Origin: Narcine bancroftii
Taxonomy: Eukaryota
Assembly (NCBI RefSeq): GCF_036971445.1
Contig: NC_091472.1
Location: forward strand, 126,108,001 to 126,172,000
Length of the DNA: 64,000 nucleotides
Direction of reading: 5' to 3'
Both the position numbers and the translations under genes were made by a program. Positions 41,292 to 55,614 of the stretch are shown here, piece by piece. The stretch's first letter is position 1, and each line of letters opens with the position of its first letter. The notes under the pieces are model-generated. The model saw nothing but the letters and a program-made list of their open reading frames with translations. It ran no database searches and was not told where the DNA came from.

Positions 41292-42734
41292 TAAATTGCA
41301 GCACTTAGCATTTTGTAAGAGAGGAGAAAAACTTCTCTATTCATGTGGGACGTCAGATTGAGAACCCTCAGAAATACGTAATACTGTAGCGTATGCGCCA
41401 TGTGAGCGTGGGGAAGAATGATATGCAAACCAAAGCATTGGTAAACTAGACTGATTTATTGCTCTAGCCATCGCATTTATGTGGGCCCCATGTCATCGGC
41501 ATGCCAGCCTCAGGTTGGCCAGTGTTTTCACCAGAGTTCCCCATCTTCCCAGTGTGTGGAGATCACCTGTATCCGGTGTGACCCCCAGGTCCGCACTACA
41601 GGCTGGTACATGATAACACACACACATCACGGGGGAGGAGTGGATACAGTCCAGATATGCCAGTTTCAGCCAGTTGACAGTAAAAGTCTCCTTCTTACCA
41701 TAAATGTCAAGGACGAAGGTTCAACTATTGTCTCTAATGACCTTGTAGGGCCCCTCGTAGGGTCATTGTAAGGGCGGCCTGTATATCCCTCTCCACATGA
41801 ACACGTACTGATGCCTTTAGATCCTTTGGGACGCTATGCTTGGGCTGGCTATGCGGTGGGGGTTGCCATAGGACCAAGGACCCCAGTTTTGGGCGCAGGT
41901 TGTCAAGGGTCGCCATGGGGACTTCCGGGTATTTATCGGGGGCCAGGAACTCCCTGGGGATGATTAAAGGTGCGCTGAAGATCATCTCCGCTGCCTGCAC
42001 TGAAGGTCTCCTTTGACGCATTATGAATTCCCAATAGGACAAAAAGGCATTTGGGACCCTTGAGTCAAGCCATCAAGGCTGCCTTGAGGTGCCTGTGGAA
42101 ACGCTCCACCAACCATTAGCCTACGGGTGATATGACATGGTATGATGGAGCTGTGTCCCCAGAAAGTTAGCCAGTGCTGCCAAGAGCCTGTAGGTGAATT
42201 TTTCCCCCCTGTTTGAGGTAAGGTGCGCCGCCAGATTTCTGTGGTGATATCAGCCAGCAGGTTAAGAGGCATCTCACCCCATGGGAATCTGGTAACGGCT
42301 CCACTGAGTCAATGTGTACAAGGCCAAACGTGCGCCACACCGACTGAAAAGTCTGTGTGGGGGCTCTGGTGTGAACCTGCACTTTGGAGGACTGACATTT
42401 CGTGCAGGTCTTGGCACATTGGCTGACCTGTTTACGGAAGCCATGCCAGACAAACCTGTTGGCCACCATTTTGTGCCAGGTTGTGGATGGCCTTGAAAAC
42501 CTGGCGCCTCCATGCAGGCTGAACAATGGGGAAGGGGCAGAAACGCCACACAGCAGGGTCAAGTTACCTGGGCGATGGGGATATCCTCCACCCTGAGACC
42601 AGAGACTACTGTTCTATAAGCGAGGATCTTAGGGTCCTGCTGCTGCACCTTGGTGAAGGCCACATAATAGACCCCTTGGGACCTTCATCAATTTAATTGC
42701 AGGGCATGACAGAACATCGGCTACCACTTTGTTT

Positions 42735-45700
42735 TTACCGCAATTTTTTAAAAATTCTATTTGCGTAAAAACATATACAGTATTTATCCATAACATAAAA
42801 ATGATTAAAAACTACGACACAAAATTAATACAGTTTTTATATATTTTCTCACCCCCAACCATCACCCCCCCAAAAAAAGTAGGGAAAAAAGGAAAAGAAA
42901 AAGCCTGTCTAATAAACCTATAATGTTTAATTAATTAATTGCAGTTTACATAAGTCTTAAAATCATAACTAATTAGGGAGGGTTGGATGTTGGCGGGGGG
43001 TGGGGTGTGTGGTGGATGCTGCAGGTAAAGTTGTAGCAACAAAATCCATGTAGGGTTTCCAAGTCTTATCAAATTTTTCTGGTTGATTTTGTAAATTATA
43101 CATTATTCTCTCTCATGGTATACAATTTAATAATTCCATTTTCCATCTATTCAACCTCACAGTATCACCAGATTTCCATGTAACAGCTATCGATTTCTTT
43201 GCTATTGCTACACTTAACCTTCTTTTGATAAATTTCTAACTTCACTTGGGAAATATCTCCCAATAAAAAATATTCTGGGATCCTTCAAAATTTGCATCTT
43301 GAAAATTTGTCCTAATAAATTACTTGTATCTTTCCAAAACTTATCTACTTTTTCACATTGCCAGACTGTGTGCCAGAAAGATCCTACTTCTTTATTACAT
43401 CTAAAACATTGATCAGAACAATTAAAATGAAGTGCATTCAATTTGTATGGAGTAGAATATAAATGATGTAAAAAAAAAATTAAATTGTACCATTTGATAT
43501 CTAACATTAACTGTATTAGTTACACTTTTGTAGCATAATCTTGACCATACTTCTTGAATCTGTATATTTAAATCTTTTTCCCATCTAGATTTGGATTTGA
43601 ATAAATCCTTTTTCTGAATAGTCTCTTGTAATTTGATATACATATTAGTAATAAATCTTTCAATAAACGTATCTGTTATTATTTTTTTTGAAGACTTTAT
43701 TTAAAATTTTATAACATGAATACAATAGAGAATTACATTTAAAGAAAAATAAAAAAATTAAAATGGTATAATTACAATATTACATCAGAAAACTACACAA
43801 AATAACCCCCCCCCCCGTTCATTGTAACACAATATTAGTAATCTAACTTAAAATTAGTCCAGCCCTCTTCTCCCCCCCCCCCCAAAATAAAGAGTGAAGA
43901 GTTAATAAAATTAACTGTTATTAGATATTAAAATGGACTTTGTTCTGGCAATTTAAAATTCCTCCCTAATTTTCTTTTTAAATATGATACTTGTATATTA
44001 TACTTATCTTTCAATTGATCAAAAGTCAAAAAAGTGGATCCCAAAAAAACAATTTTGCATCTATAAACAATCCAGGCTAAGAACCAAAAAAAAGAAAGGA
44101 TGGAAAAAAGAAGAAAGATAAGGAAAAAAATCCCTTTTTTATTGCACAATTACCCCAAACATCAAAATAATGCTTATTAACCATAAAATTAATTAAAGGA
44201 TTTTGATTTAATATCATTTTAGCCAACTGATCATTTTCATTCCTCTTTCTACATGTTCTCCATTCCATACTTTGAGTATATGCTTCAAAACTGGTGGATA
44301 TGATTTTCCTTTTAATAATCCCTCATGCCATTTATATAAAATGTGTTCAGAATTATCTTCTCCTATTTTACTCAATTCACTTTGCACCCATGCAATCTTT
44401 TCATCGGTCTGATAACAAGAAGACAAAAATCTAAGTTGAGCTGCTTTATAATAATTTTTAAAATTAGGCAATCAAAGTCCCCCTTGATCAAATTTTCATG
44501 TTAATTTTTCCAATGACATCCGAGGCATTTTTTCCCTCCAAATAAATCTTCGTACACTTTTATTTAAGTCTTGAAAAAACATAATTGGTACAAAAATTGG
44601 TAAAGATTGGAAAAAGGTATTGTCTTCTAGGAAAGATATTCATCTTCACAGAATTAATCCTTCCTATTAAAGAAATTGGCAAATCTTTCCATCTTAATAA
44701 ATCTTCTTTAATTTTCCTCAATAAAGATGTGTAATTTAATTTAATTATTTATTTAAACTCTTATCCACATTAATTCCTAAATATTTAATTGCACCAATCT
44801 GGCATTTAAATTTTATCCTTTTCTTAACTTGAACATAGTCTGTCTCAGTCATTGGCATCACTTCACTTTTATCAATATATATTTTGTAATCTGATACTAG
44901 CCCATACACCACCAATCGATCATTTACTTTTTGTAATGAGCATTCAAGGTTTGTAAGATATAATATTACATCATCTGAAAAAAGACTAATTTTATTTTTT
45001 TTATCATTTATCTTAAAGTCCTCAGTCTCATTATCACTTCTAATCACCTCAACTAAAGGTTCTATAGCTAATACAGATAAAAAAGATGATGGACATCCTT
45101 GTCTAGATGATCTTTCCAACAAAAAAGATTTTGATATTTGTCGATTTGTCATCACCTTTGAAGAATTATATATTGCTCTTATCCAATTTATAAAATTTGT
45201 CGGAATTCCAAAAACCTTCAGTACTTTAAATAAATAATCCCATTCTCATCTATCAAATGGCTTTTCTGCATCTAAAGCTAAAGACACTGATGGTATTTTT
45301 CCTTTCTGAGCCATATCTATTAAACTTAAAAATCTAACAATATTATTTGCTGATCTTCTATTTTTAATAAAAACCAGTTTGGTCCATATTTTTCAATTTA
45401 GGTGAACATTTAGCTAATCTATTAGCTAATATGAGAAAATTTTATAATCATTATTCAATAGTGAAATTGGTCTATATGAAGATGAGAGCAAAGGGTCCAT
45501 CCCTTTATTTGGGATAACTGTTATTAACACAGTTTTAAACGACTCAGATAAGCCCCAAAGATCTTCCATTTGATCTAACAACCCCATAAATATCGGAATT
45601 AATAATTCTTTAAATTCTTAATGAAACTCCAGAGTGAAACCATCTTCCCTGGAGCCTTATTGTTTGGTAAAGACATCAGTATATCATATTTTGTGACTGT

Positions 45701-48616
45701 AAATGGATTTGTTAATTCTATCTTCTATGCTTAACTGTGGTAAAGTAATTTTGGACAAATATTTGTCTATTTTATCCCCATCCTCCAAAGATTCCAATTT
45801 GTATAAAATATGGTTTCATAAACACATCATTAATACCTTGTGTTTTGTAAGCAAGATGACCCAAATCTTGTTTTGCAGCTACTATTGTTCTCGATACCTG
45901 TTCAGTCTTCAATTGCCATACTAAAATGTTATGAGCTCTATCTCCCAATTCATAATATTTTTGTCAGGCTAGTCTTATATCCCTCTCTATTCTTTATGTT
46001 TGTATTGTATTAAGCTTCAATTTCTTTAAATCCAATATTTTCCTTTGTTCATCATTCCCTCAATTTTGCAATTCATTTTCCATCTTTATTATTTCCTTTT
46101 CCAAAGAATTAACTTCAGACATATTTTTTAACTTTAGCCATATAACTTATAATTTGTCCTCTTAAATAAGCTTTCAAAGAATCCCATACCACGAACTTAT
46201 TAGTTACAGAATGTTCATTCAGGCCGATTTATATATTTTAAAAAAAGTTTTATCTGTTGCCTGATAAAGTCACAAAAATCTTTCCTTTTCAGTAATGCCG
46301 TATTAAACCTCCATCTATAAACCTATATTTTGTTCCTCCTCCAGTAAAACGGACATAACTAAAGGTGAATGGTCAGATGATATCCTCGCTTGATGGACTC
46401 TTCTGTGGAGTTGAGAGGCGATTTAAAAACATATCTATATGGGAATATGTCTTATACCAATAAGAATAAAATGAATAATCTCTAATATCAGGATGCATCT
46501 TCCTCTATCAGCAAGTTTCATTACATTCTTAAAATTTTTCACATCCTTTGTCATTTTATTTTTAACCATAATTCCTCCTGATCTATCCAACTTGGAATCA
46601 AAGGTAAAATTAAAGTCTCCTCCCATAATTATTTCCCCTTTTGCATTAGCTAACTGCATAAAAACATCTTGTATACATTTTCCATCATCTACATTTGGTC
46701 CAATATTCAGAATATATTCTGCATTTTATCATCACATACCTCCCCACTTTATCAGTCATTACATCCAATATTTCAATTGGTAAACTTTTAATTATTAATA
46801 TTGCTGCTCCTCTTGCTTTTGAATTAAATGAAGAGAATACCCCTCCTACCAAATCTCTCTTTAGTTTCATGTTCTATTTTATTAAGAGTTTCTTGTATAA
46901 AAGCTACATCCACTTAGTTTTTTTCATATAATTCAATAACCTTTTTCTTTTCATCAGAATCTGTATTCCAATAATATTAATAATAATAAATTTCCCTGCC
47001 ATTAGACATCAAAATTAAAACCTATATCCCTCCAGCGTCCCCCTCCATCTCCCCATCTAACCCAACCATCCCCGTATAATATCTTGCATCTATAAACAAT
47101 CCAGGCTAAGAACCAAAAAAAAAGGAAGAAAAAAAGAAAGATAAAAACCCTAGAGGCGCTTGATGTTAAAGCGTCTCTATCACCCTGATCTGTTCGGGTT
47201 GCAAAACTGGTCATATTAGTCCCGATGATAGCATAGTGGTCAGCATCACATTCCCCACTAACTCGCTCAAAACATTATACCATCCCTTACTATAAGCTTA
47301 TCAATGACCTTTTAATCCATTAATCTTATCCAGTATATTAGATCACGCACATTATAGGTTAAACCTTCCTCCCCTTTTAAACTCTCTTGAAACTCTATAT
47401 ATTTTCAGTTACAACAAAACCTCTCAGTTATATAAAGAATTCAAATGTATACAACCATCTGCTGATCTTTTACAGGCAATGAATCGGCATATACCTTTGC
47501 TTCATTCGGCTCAGTAAAAGATCTATTCCTCCCTCCCGGGACGAATAATTTCAAAGCAGCTGGATATCTCAAAACAAAAGCATATCCTTTTTTCCATAAT
47601 ACATCTTTAACCGGATTAAACTCCTTTCTCTTTTTCAACAAATCAAAACTTATATCTGGATTATTTTTTTAATCTTATTTCAGTAATGAATCAAAGGTGA
47701 TGGTCTCTCTTTAGCTTGTTTCGCAGCCAGCTCCAATATCTTCTCTCTTAGTTTATATCGAAGGAATCTGACAAAGATTGGACGGGATCTTTGGTCAGAT
47801 TTCGGTCTCAATGCCCTATGGGCTCGTTCTATCTCCAAATCACCTTGAAATGCAGCCAGAAATTTTTTCAAGTCTTGACCCTCGTCCCCTTCTTTAAGTC
47901 CAACAATCTTGATATTATTCCATCTACTAAATTTTTCCAAAACATCTGTCTTTTGCATTAATTGGTCATTGTTTACAGCTGCTTCTGCTTGTACTTTCTT
48001 CATTTGATCTTTAAGATTTTGAATCTCGAATTCATTCCCTTTAATTTTTCCATCCACTATTTCAAATCTAGTGTCCATCTGTTGTATTAATCTTTCCAAC
48101 TTATCACCATTCTTCCTAACTTCATCAGTTAACACTTCCATGGATTGTCAAAAAAATCTAACATTTGCTTTAATTCACCAGAAGATAAAGAAGCTTCTGC
48201 ACATTTTTCTACTTTTTTCTTGATCACTGGAGCTGTGAGTGTCTGGAATCTTTTTTTTAATTTCCTCCTTTTTTGTGCTCTACTCCTCGCACATGTGCAG
48301 AATCACTTCTTCACCCGATGTCGGGGGATACCTTGTACGGCATTGTCCAAGATCTCCCTGGCTTCTGGCCTCTCTCCTTTGGATACTACCTTACGAACAG
48401 CTGCAGGATTTTTTCTTAAGGTCAACCTCTCTTTTCTTGCTCAGTTTCTTCTACAACAGTAAGTCCTTTATCCCTTCTTTGGTGGCATTGTTGATGTCTT
48501 CTCTGTCTTCAGACAATTCTTTCATATATTTTCTTTAACTTTTATAACCATTTTTGTCACCTTTTTCGAGGAGAGCAGGGATTATCAGTCTAACATCACG
48601 TCCTCACGTGGCACCC
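42735..48616 (-). mobile_element. Near full-length fish-type L1 (ORF1 and ORF2), decayed
   Basis: ORF1 SRWNNIKIVGLKEG, IERAHR..RP, YPA.LK; ORF2 APE FNSKARGAAILI, GGDFN, SDHSP; RT RQGCP and LFSDDVILY. It interrupts the Gypsy HIAGK|VVAD junction. Confidence 0.92.
43682..43914 (-). mobile_element. Short L1-type 3'-end insertion inside the L1, 9-bp TSD
   Basis: ctgttatta at 43673-43681 and 43915-43923; poly-T at the left end. Confidence 0.75.
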
Positions 48617-51600
48617 TCTTCCCGCGATATGTTGAATGTCTGTGGTAAATTTGGACTCGTAAAAATTATCTCTGTTGTTGGACTGACTACAGGTCCAATA
48701 CCTTATGGAAAGTGAAAATCAGCAGCTTGTGATCAGTGAACACCCTGAATTGCCGGCTTTCCAAAAAATACCAGAAATCTCTTACCGCCAGATACAGTGC
48801 TAATAGCTCTCGGTCGAAAGTGCTATATTTGAGCTCTGGGAGGTGGAGGTGCCTGCTGAAAAAGGCCAGGAATTGCCACTGGCCCTTGACGAGTTGTTCT
48901 AGCACGCCCCCTACTGCTGTGCTGGAGGCATCAACAGTTAGATGGAAGGTTCCTCTGGGGTGGACCAGGAGGGTGGTGTTGGTCAGTGCGTCTTTGGCAT
49001 TCTGTGAATGCCCTGGAAGGCTCGTCCCAAGCAGTTGTGTTTTGCCTTCCCCGTCATCAGCGTGAAGAGAGGGCGCATGATGTGTGCCGCTGCCGGTATG
49101 AACCTGTGGTAAAAGTTTATCATACTGGCGAATTCCTGTTGCCCTTTTACCGTGCGCGGGTTAGTGAAATGCTGGACAGCTTCAACCTTCTTGGAGAGGA
49201 GTGTAGCCTTGTGACTGTTAATCCTGTGCTGCCGGATTTAAATGGTGTCCTGACTGAAATGGCATTTGGCAGGGTTGATAGTCAGCTCGCATTCACTAAA
49301 GCAGGTGTACAGTGGTCTCAGGTGGGCAGCGTGGTCCTTACGACTATGGCTGGCGATGAGGATATTGTTCAAATAGATGAACATAAATCGGAGTTCCAGG
49401 CCCACTGCATCCATCAGCCACTGAAAAATTTGTACCATGTTCTTTAGACCAAAGGGCAATTGAAACCAGCCGAAGGGGGCTCATGATTGCAATCTTGGGG
49501 ATTCCTGGGGGTGGACTGGGATTTGGTGGCACCCCTTGATGAGGTCCACCTTGGAGAACACCTGTGCCCCGTGCAGGTTGCAGCACGGAATATCTGTTGG
49601 GCGTGATGGCCTTGTGGAGGCAGTGGTAGTCACCACATGGCCTCTAACCCCCTGCTGATTTTGGCACCATGTGGAGGGGAAAGGCCCAGGGACTGTTGGA
49701 GCACCGCACAATCCCTAGCTCCTCCATTTTCTGAAACTTTTCCTTCGCCAGGCTGAGCTTGGGAGGGAGTTGGCCTGCCATGGTGTGGAGTGGGGGGCCG
49801 TCGGTCAATATGTAGTGCCTTATCCTGGCTTTGTCTCAGCCACGGAGAACTATGGCGCCACTATCGAGGATGCCACTGCCAGGATGCAGGCGAATTCATT
49901 GAGAATGTTAAAGAGCCCAGGGGCGGGTAGCTTAGCTTTCCCCAGAGGCATAGTCGGAAAGGTTTTGGCGTGCACCAGGTGTTGCACTTTGAGGTCAAAA
50001 TGCAAGCAGTAGGCCCGAAGGAAGTCGGCCCCCAGGAGCGGTTGCGCCACTGACGCAAGGGTGAAGGTCCATGTAAAGTGGTTGTGGCCGAAATGAAGGG
50101 AGAATTGTGTGGGTCCCAAAAGTTCAAATGTAGGAGCTGTTGGCTGCCCTCAGTGTTGGGCCCTGCTTACTGTTGCTGGTGTTGAGGCCTGCAGTGGGTA
50201 GGACACTTATCTTGGCACCATTGTCAACCAGGAAATGCCTGCCTGACAGTGAGTCCCAAATGTGGAGGAGGCTATCATGTGGGCCAACTTCTGCATCCAT
50301 CAACAACAGTTAGCTAGGGCATTTCCCGAAAACCCACAGGGTGGGCCGCATTGACAGGCCTCTTCACCCCATCGCTGGTGGTAGTAGCATAGCTGTCCCA
50401 GTGTGTTCACTTGCTTCTCTGTCCTTGGTCTTGCCGTGAGTTGTTCGTGGGGCTTGCTGATGTGGTCTTTGATGGTGCTAGAGTCCTTCTTCGCTGTCCA
50501 GAGCATGTCTGCTGAGGCTGTGACCCTCCGAGGGTTACTGAAGTCCTCATCTGTGAGCAAGAGTCGTACATCCTTGAGCACCTGCTCCAGAAAGAGCTGC
50601 TCAAAGAGCAAGCAAGGCTTGTGGCCCTCGGTTAGAGAGAGCGCATCTCACTCATTAGGGTGGACAGGGCCCTGTCCTTTAATCCATCCATATGGAGCAA
50701 TCGGATGGTGTGCTTGCACCGGGAAAGCCCAGAAGTGCAGGTTAGTAGCTCTTTGAGGGCTGCGTACTTGCCTTGCTCCGGAGGCTGCTGGAAATCTTTG
50801 ACCCTTGCCACTGTGTCCTGATCGAGGCTGCTCACGACATAGTAATAGCAGGTGTGGTTGGCAGTGATGTGGTGAAGCTGGAACTGAGCCTCGTCCTGCC
50901 TGAACCACGTGTGAGGCTGCGACACCCAGAATGACAGAAGCCTAAGAGAGACGGCATGGATGGTCGCTTGATCCGTCATCTTTGGGTCCAACTGCCATTT
51001 GAACCTGTCAGGGTCACCAATGTAGCGTATGCACTAGGCGAGCATGGGGAAGAACGACGCGCACACCAAAGCCTTGGTAAACGACTGATTTCGTTATGCT
51101 TATATGGGCCCCTGCCATTGACATCAGGATCCTACTTCATCGGAGCACTGGTCTCAGATTGGCTGGCATTCTCGCCAATGTTCCCCATCTTCCTGCCTTA
51201 CGTAGGTCACCTGGGACAACAGCCAGTGTCACCCCCGGGTCTGCGCAGTGGCTGCGGTCGTCGGCCATTTTGTGGCCCAGTCCATGTCTCCACGTGAGGG
51301 CTGCTACAATACATTTTTTAAAAAGCAGTGATTAGGTTTTTTGACATCCAGAAGAATGAATAATTGAAGAAGATCCATAGCTTTGAGGTCAAGGTTTTGA
51401 AAATTATTTGTTTTAATCCAATTTGGTCCATGGCAGGTGGTTTTATATTGCTAAACTGAAGCTGAAAGGAGTATGTAAGATGGTGGGAAAACAGTAAGAA
51501 TCAGGAGGGTGTCAGTGGCTCAGGCAGCATCCATGGATAACAGTAGTAATTCACTATTTTGGGGATTAGGAATATGCTGAATTCATAGTCAGACAGCAGT

Positions 51601-52458
51601 AAAATGAGCTTTTTCGCTCACCCAAATACCTATCTATGCTTGTGGACTATTTCCAATATTTTCTGGTCCTATCTTGATCTCGGGAGAACTGTCCACTCAC
51701 ATTTACTATAAATAATGATCCAGACCACATCCCTTTCCAAATCCTTAGAAAGTAAAGGGTCCTTCACTGGCAGCCTTCTGTGACATAGGACTTGAAGTAC
51801 TCAACTAAATACATAAATGTCATGAGAGAACCTGGAGACTAATGTCCTCCTTTTCCTCAGTACTTCCAAAGTCCTATAATGCATTGTGCTTATTCTAGCC
51901 TTATGAGGCAATCAAAATGCATCACCTGACATTTTTCAGGATTAAATTCCATCTTTCACTGCTCTGCGAATTTCTCAACTCCTCAATATTAATGTAGCTG
52001 AGGACTACACACCTATCAACATTCAAGCATGATCTGACGGCTTGGTAATCCTGCTTCCTTTATTTGCGTCCAGTTGGTAATGTACATAACAAAAGCAAAG
52101 AACCTGACACTGACCCCAGTTCTTAGGTTTGCATTTGCTAAAATAACCCTTGCAGTTGATCAATCATCTTCTGTCTCCTATCTCAAAGCCAGTTTTGGAT
52201 CCCCAATTGCCTTGAATCCATTTTGTATGTCAACCATCCAAAAGGTGCACTTGGCATGCTGGTGGTAATAGGAAAACCTGGCATAGCTGCAAAAGTATTA
52301 TTTTGTACTGAATCTTGTCTCGATTCAAAGTTTTTGTATCTTTGCAATTGAAGGAATAGAACATGGATATAAAACATGTAAACGCTAGTAAGGAATTCTT
52401 TGCTTTTATTTTAATTGAAATGTGAGATTCTTTTGTAAATTCTTTCTTCCCTGAATAA

Positions 52459-52596
<138 letters not shown>

Positions 52597-53439
52597 TGAC
52601 TTTTGGAATATAAGTGAAGGAAAATAAAATTCTCCTGTGTTTTTGGAGTAAAATGATATATGGATGCATAGTAACTTGTAAGTTGTCATGTTGTGTTGAT
52701 TATCAAATATTTCCTTCATTTCGAGGCTCTTTAATAACAATGGAGCCTGTGAAATATTTGTAATGTGACACTTGAATGATATATTCTGGTGCCTGCAGGA
52801 ATATACTGTTGGGACCTTTAATAATTGGGGTTTGGAACTGCAGGCTTTCTGCCTTCACTTTTGGCAATCCCTCATGGGTTAAGGATGACTTCATAAATTC
52901 TTAGCAGGCCCTTCCATCCTACAATCCTGCACTGCCCAATATGCCGATAAGATCAATTAATCTATTAACCCCATACATCTTTGGAACTTGTTTCCCCTCC
53001 AGATCAGAGGTAGCTGATATGGCCAATGTGGGGCCTGGATGTTCTCCACAGTTGAGGCAAGTGGTTGAGTTGGAGTTGTTTGGAAAGTAATGTACTTTTT
53101 CTGCTTCTGTGATGCTGTGGAACAGTCTTAAAGTTCTCAATTCCTTCCAGAATGCTTCATAGTGGTCATGGGGTTCAGGACTTTTTTTTAAAAAAAATGA
53201 AGTTGTAAGAGCATTCTTTGCTACTCATCATCTGCCATGCCAGAACCTAGAGAAGAAAGACTGTTTTGGTCAAGCGTGTAAAAGGAAGGGAATTGACTCC
53301 AACAGAGCTCTCCTGGGTAAAATAAAATGCTGGAAACACCGTCTTGATAAAACCAAGATGTAATGTCAGCAGACCTGATCCAAGCTCTGGTACCGACAAG
53401 ACTGTCATTCTGAGAGATTACAGGGATGACTGCTATGTC

Positions 53440-53670
53440 TGGTTAGCATAGCGGTTAGCGCAACACTGCTACAACAGCAGTGACCCGGATTCAAATCCAG
53501 TGCTGTCTGTAAGGAGTTTGTACATTCTCCCTATGACTGCCTGGGTATCCTCCAACACTCTGTTTTTCTCCCCCACCCTGTTCAAAAATGTACAGGGGTT
53601 GTAGGTTAATTGGGGTATTTGAACAGCAAAGGCTCATCGGCCAGAGGGGCCTGTTATTGTGCTGTATGAA
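53440..53670 (+). mobile_element. V-SINE
   Basis: ggttagcatagcggttagcgcaac, ggattcaaatcc, gtaaggagtttgtacattctccc. Confidence 0.8.
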
Positions 53671-54026
53671 GATAGCCTCTCTTAGCCATTCTAACCACCC
53701 TTCCAACCATAAGGAACTCTGTGTGCAGCTGCAGGACTCTGAAGTCCCCATAATGCCAATAAAAGTTCTCTTAAGTTGTCTTCTTTCAATTACTGAAGAT
53801 TTTTTTAAAATTAGTGGAAGTGTTTCTAATTGTACTGAAGAATATGATGTTGCTTTTGTATAAAATCATCAATATAACTTTAAATTCATGCTTTGGACCA
53901 CATCTTTAGCTGCTTTGGTAATGATGGTGACTAAAGTTGCAGCTGCTTTATTACTTGATGCTTGGGGTGGGAGGAGGAAATGATATTAATTTTTTTACTT
54001 GTTTACACTGGTTTTACTGATTCTGA

Positions 54027-54182
<156 letters not shown>

Positions 54183-55614
54183 TGAAGGTCGAAATATGGT
54201 ATCCAGGATCTAGCTAGCTGCTAAAATAAAGCAGTTGAACTATTCAGAAAAGGCCATGTGATCAAGTGCTGCTGAAATGTTATCTATGATTTTTGATACT
54301 GGGTTTGAAGATGTGACAGTTCACTTGAATAATGCAAATGAATCAAATTAACCCTAACTCTGTTTAAATATCAAGGATCTTGCTTTGTTTTTCAAGATGG
54401 TCGTCTTATTCTTGTGCTGGAGTTAGTTGAGTCACAGACCTTGGCAGTACTATTGTTTGGTAAACAATGTGACATACAAATGGCCCTTTACCTCCACAGA
54501 TCTGTTGAGTTCCTCCAGCAGTTTTTTTTCCCCCTCAAATGTAAAATGGTGAACTATATGAGAGGGTTCTTCTCAAAAGCCTTATAACAAACCGTTAGCC
54601 TTTGTTCCTTGTGCATCACATCTTGCCTTGGACTTGACTGGATGAAAGAACGCAAGTTTTCCACTTCTCTCTTCTCTCTTCAGGAATTTGGAGGAGGGAG
54701 AGGTTCATTTGAGTTTTGTATAAACTGTATAGAATGGATTCTTGTCATGATCACAAGTTTTCCCACTGACTGGTCTCATAGCGTTCGTTTCACCCGTTGG
54801 ACTTCATGCCCCTGCTTTCAGGGACTACCAACAAGCACATACACTCTCTGCATCCCTGTCTTCAGAGTCTACCAAAAAGTGATTATACTCCATGTTCCCA
54901 TTTTCCAGGACTTGTTTTATACCCAACCATCAGTTGGATCATACTGGTGTTTGTTCTGCAGTTTACCTATGGATCTTGACCAGAGTATATATTATACTGG
55001 AATCCAAAGGGTTAATACCCCTTTGTTTAGGAGCACAATGGAGATCCAGTTAGTGTAGCTGCTGAGCAACTTTGTCTTGATGAGTATTGTCACTGTCAAT
55101 GGCAGGGGGTAGGAATTGTTCAAGTAATTGCTTTGACTCCTTTGTCTACACATTTGTGGTTTATCAGTATGCATTGCATGCCTGGGTTAACTTGGAAATG
55201 TGATACTTGAACAAGATTTCAGTCAATCTCATTTAAAAATAGACAGTGATTTGGTCCATAATCATTACCAGCTTTAAACAAAAGTGTGTCAAGAAGGAGT
55301 TTGATATTGGTGAGATTAAGTTTAAAGTTACAAATCACATGCTTGCCTTTTACCCTTTGCCTAATCCTTCAGCTTCTGCAACTCAGTCCTAAATTGATTA
55401 GCTTATGCACAAACATTTATCTGAGCTTAAATCCATTGATTACCATATTTGATGGCATTTAAGGCCACTGGCACAAATGACCCATCCTTCATTTTTAGCA
55501 TGAGATTTAGTTTATTTACCTCGTTCAATTTGGTTGGGAGTCTCGTTGCCCCAGCCTCCGTCGCGCGGCCCCCTCCCCTAAGAACAGGGTTAATGGTCGG
55601 ATACTTAACAGCCT

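Larger units (their letters stand above)
41385..51308 (-). mobile_element. Gypsy LTR retrotransposon 2 (CsRN1-like), split by an L1 insertion
   Basis: 5' LTR 51021-51308 (TGTAGC...GCTACA); degraded 3' LTR from 41385; TSD atac (41381-41384, 51309-51312); PBS tggtgaccctgac (tRNA-Trp-like). Gag AVSLRL..FW..QP.TWF.Q.EAQF; RT VFSKVDL and MPFGLKN; RNase H YSTFDRELLALY; integrase at ~41700-42720. Confidence 0.88.

Noticed and set aside
54609-55174. 149-aa plus-strand ORF in the E-F intron
   Set aside because: No protein-like features; the minus strand has a faint MGTW...DSEDR similarity to an RTE endonuclease start, so it is likely an old LINE remnant.
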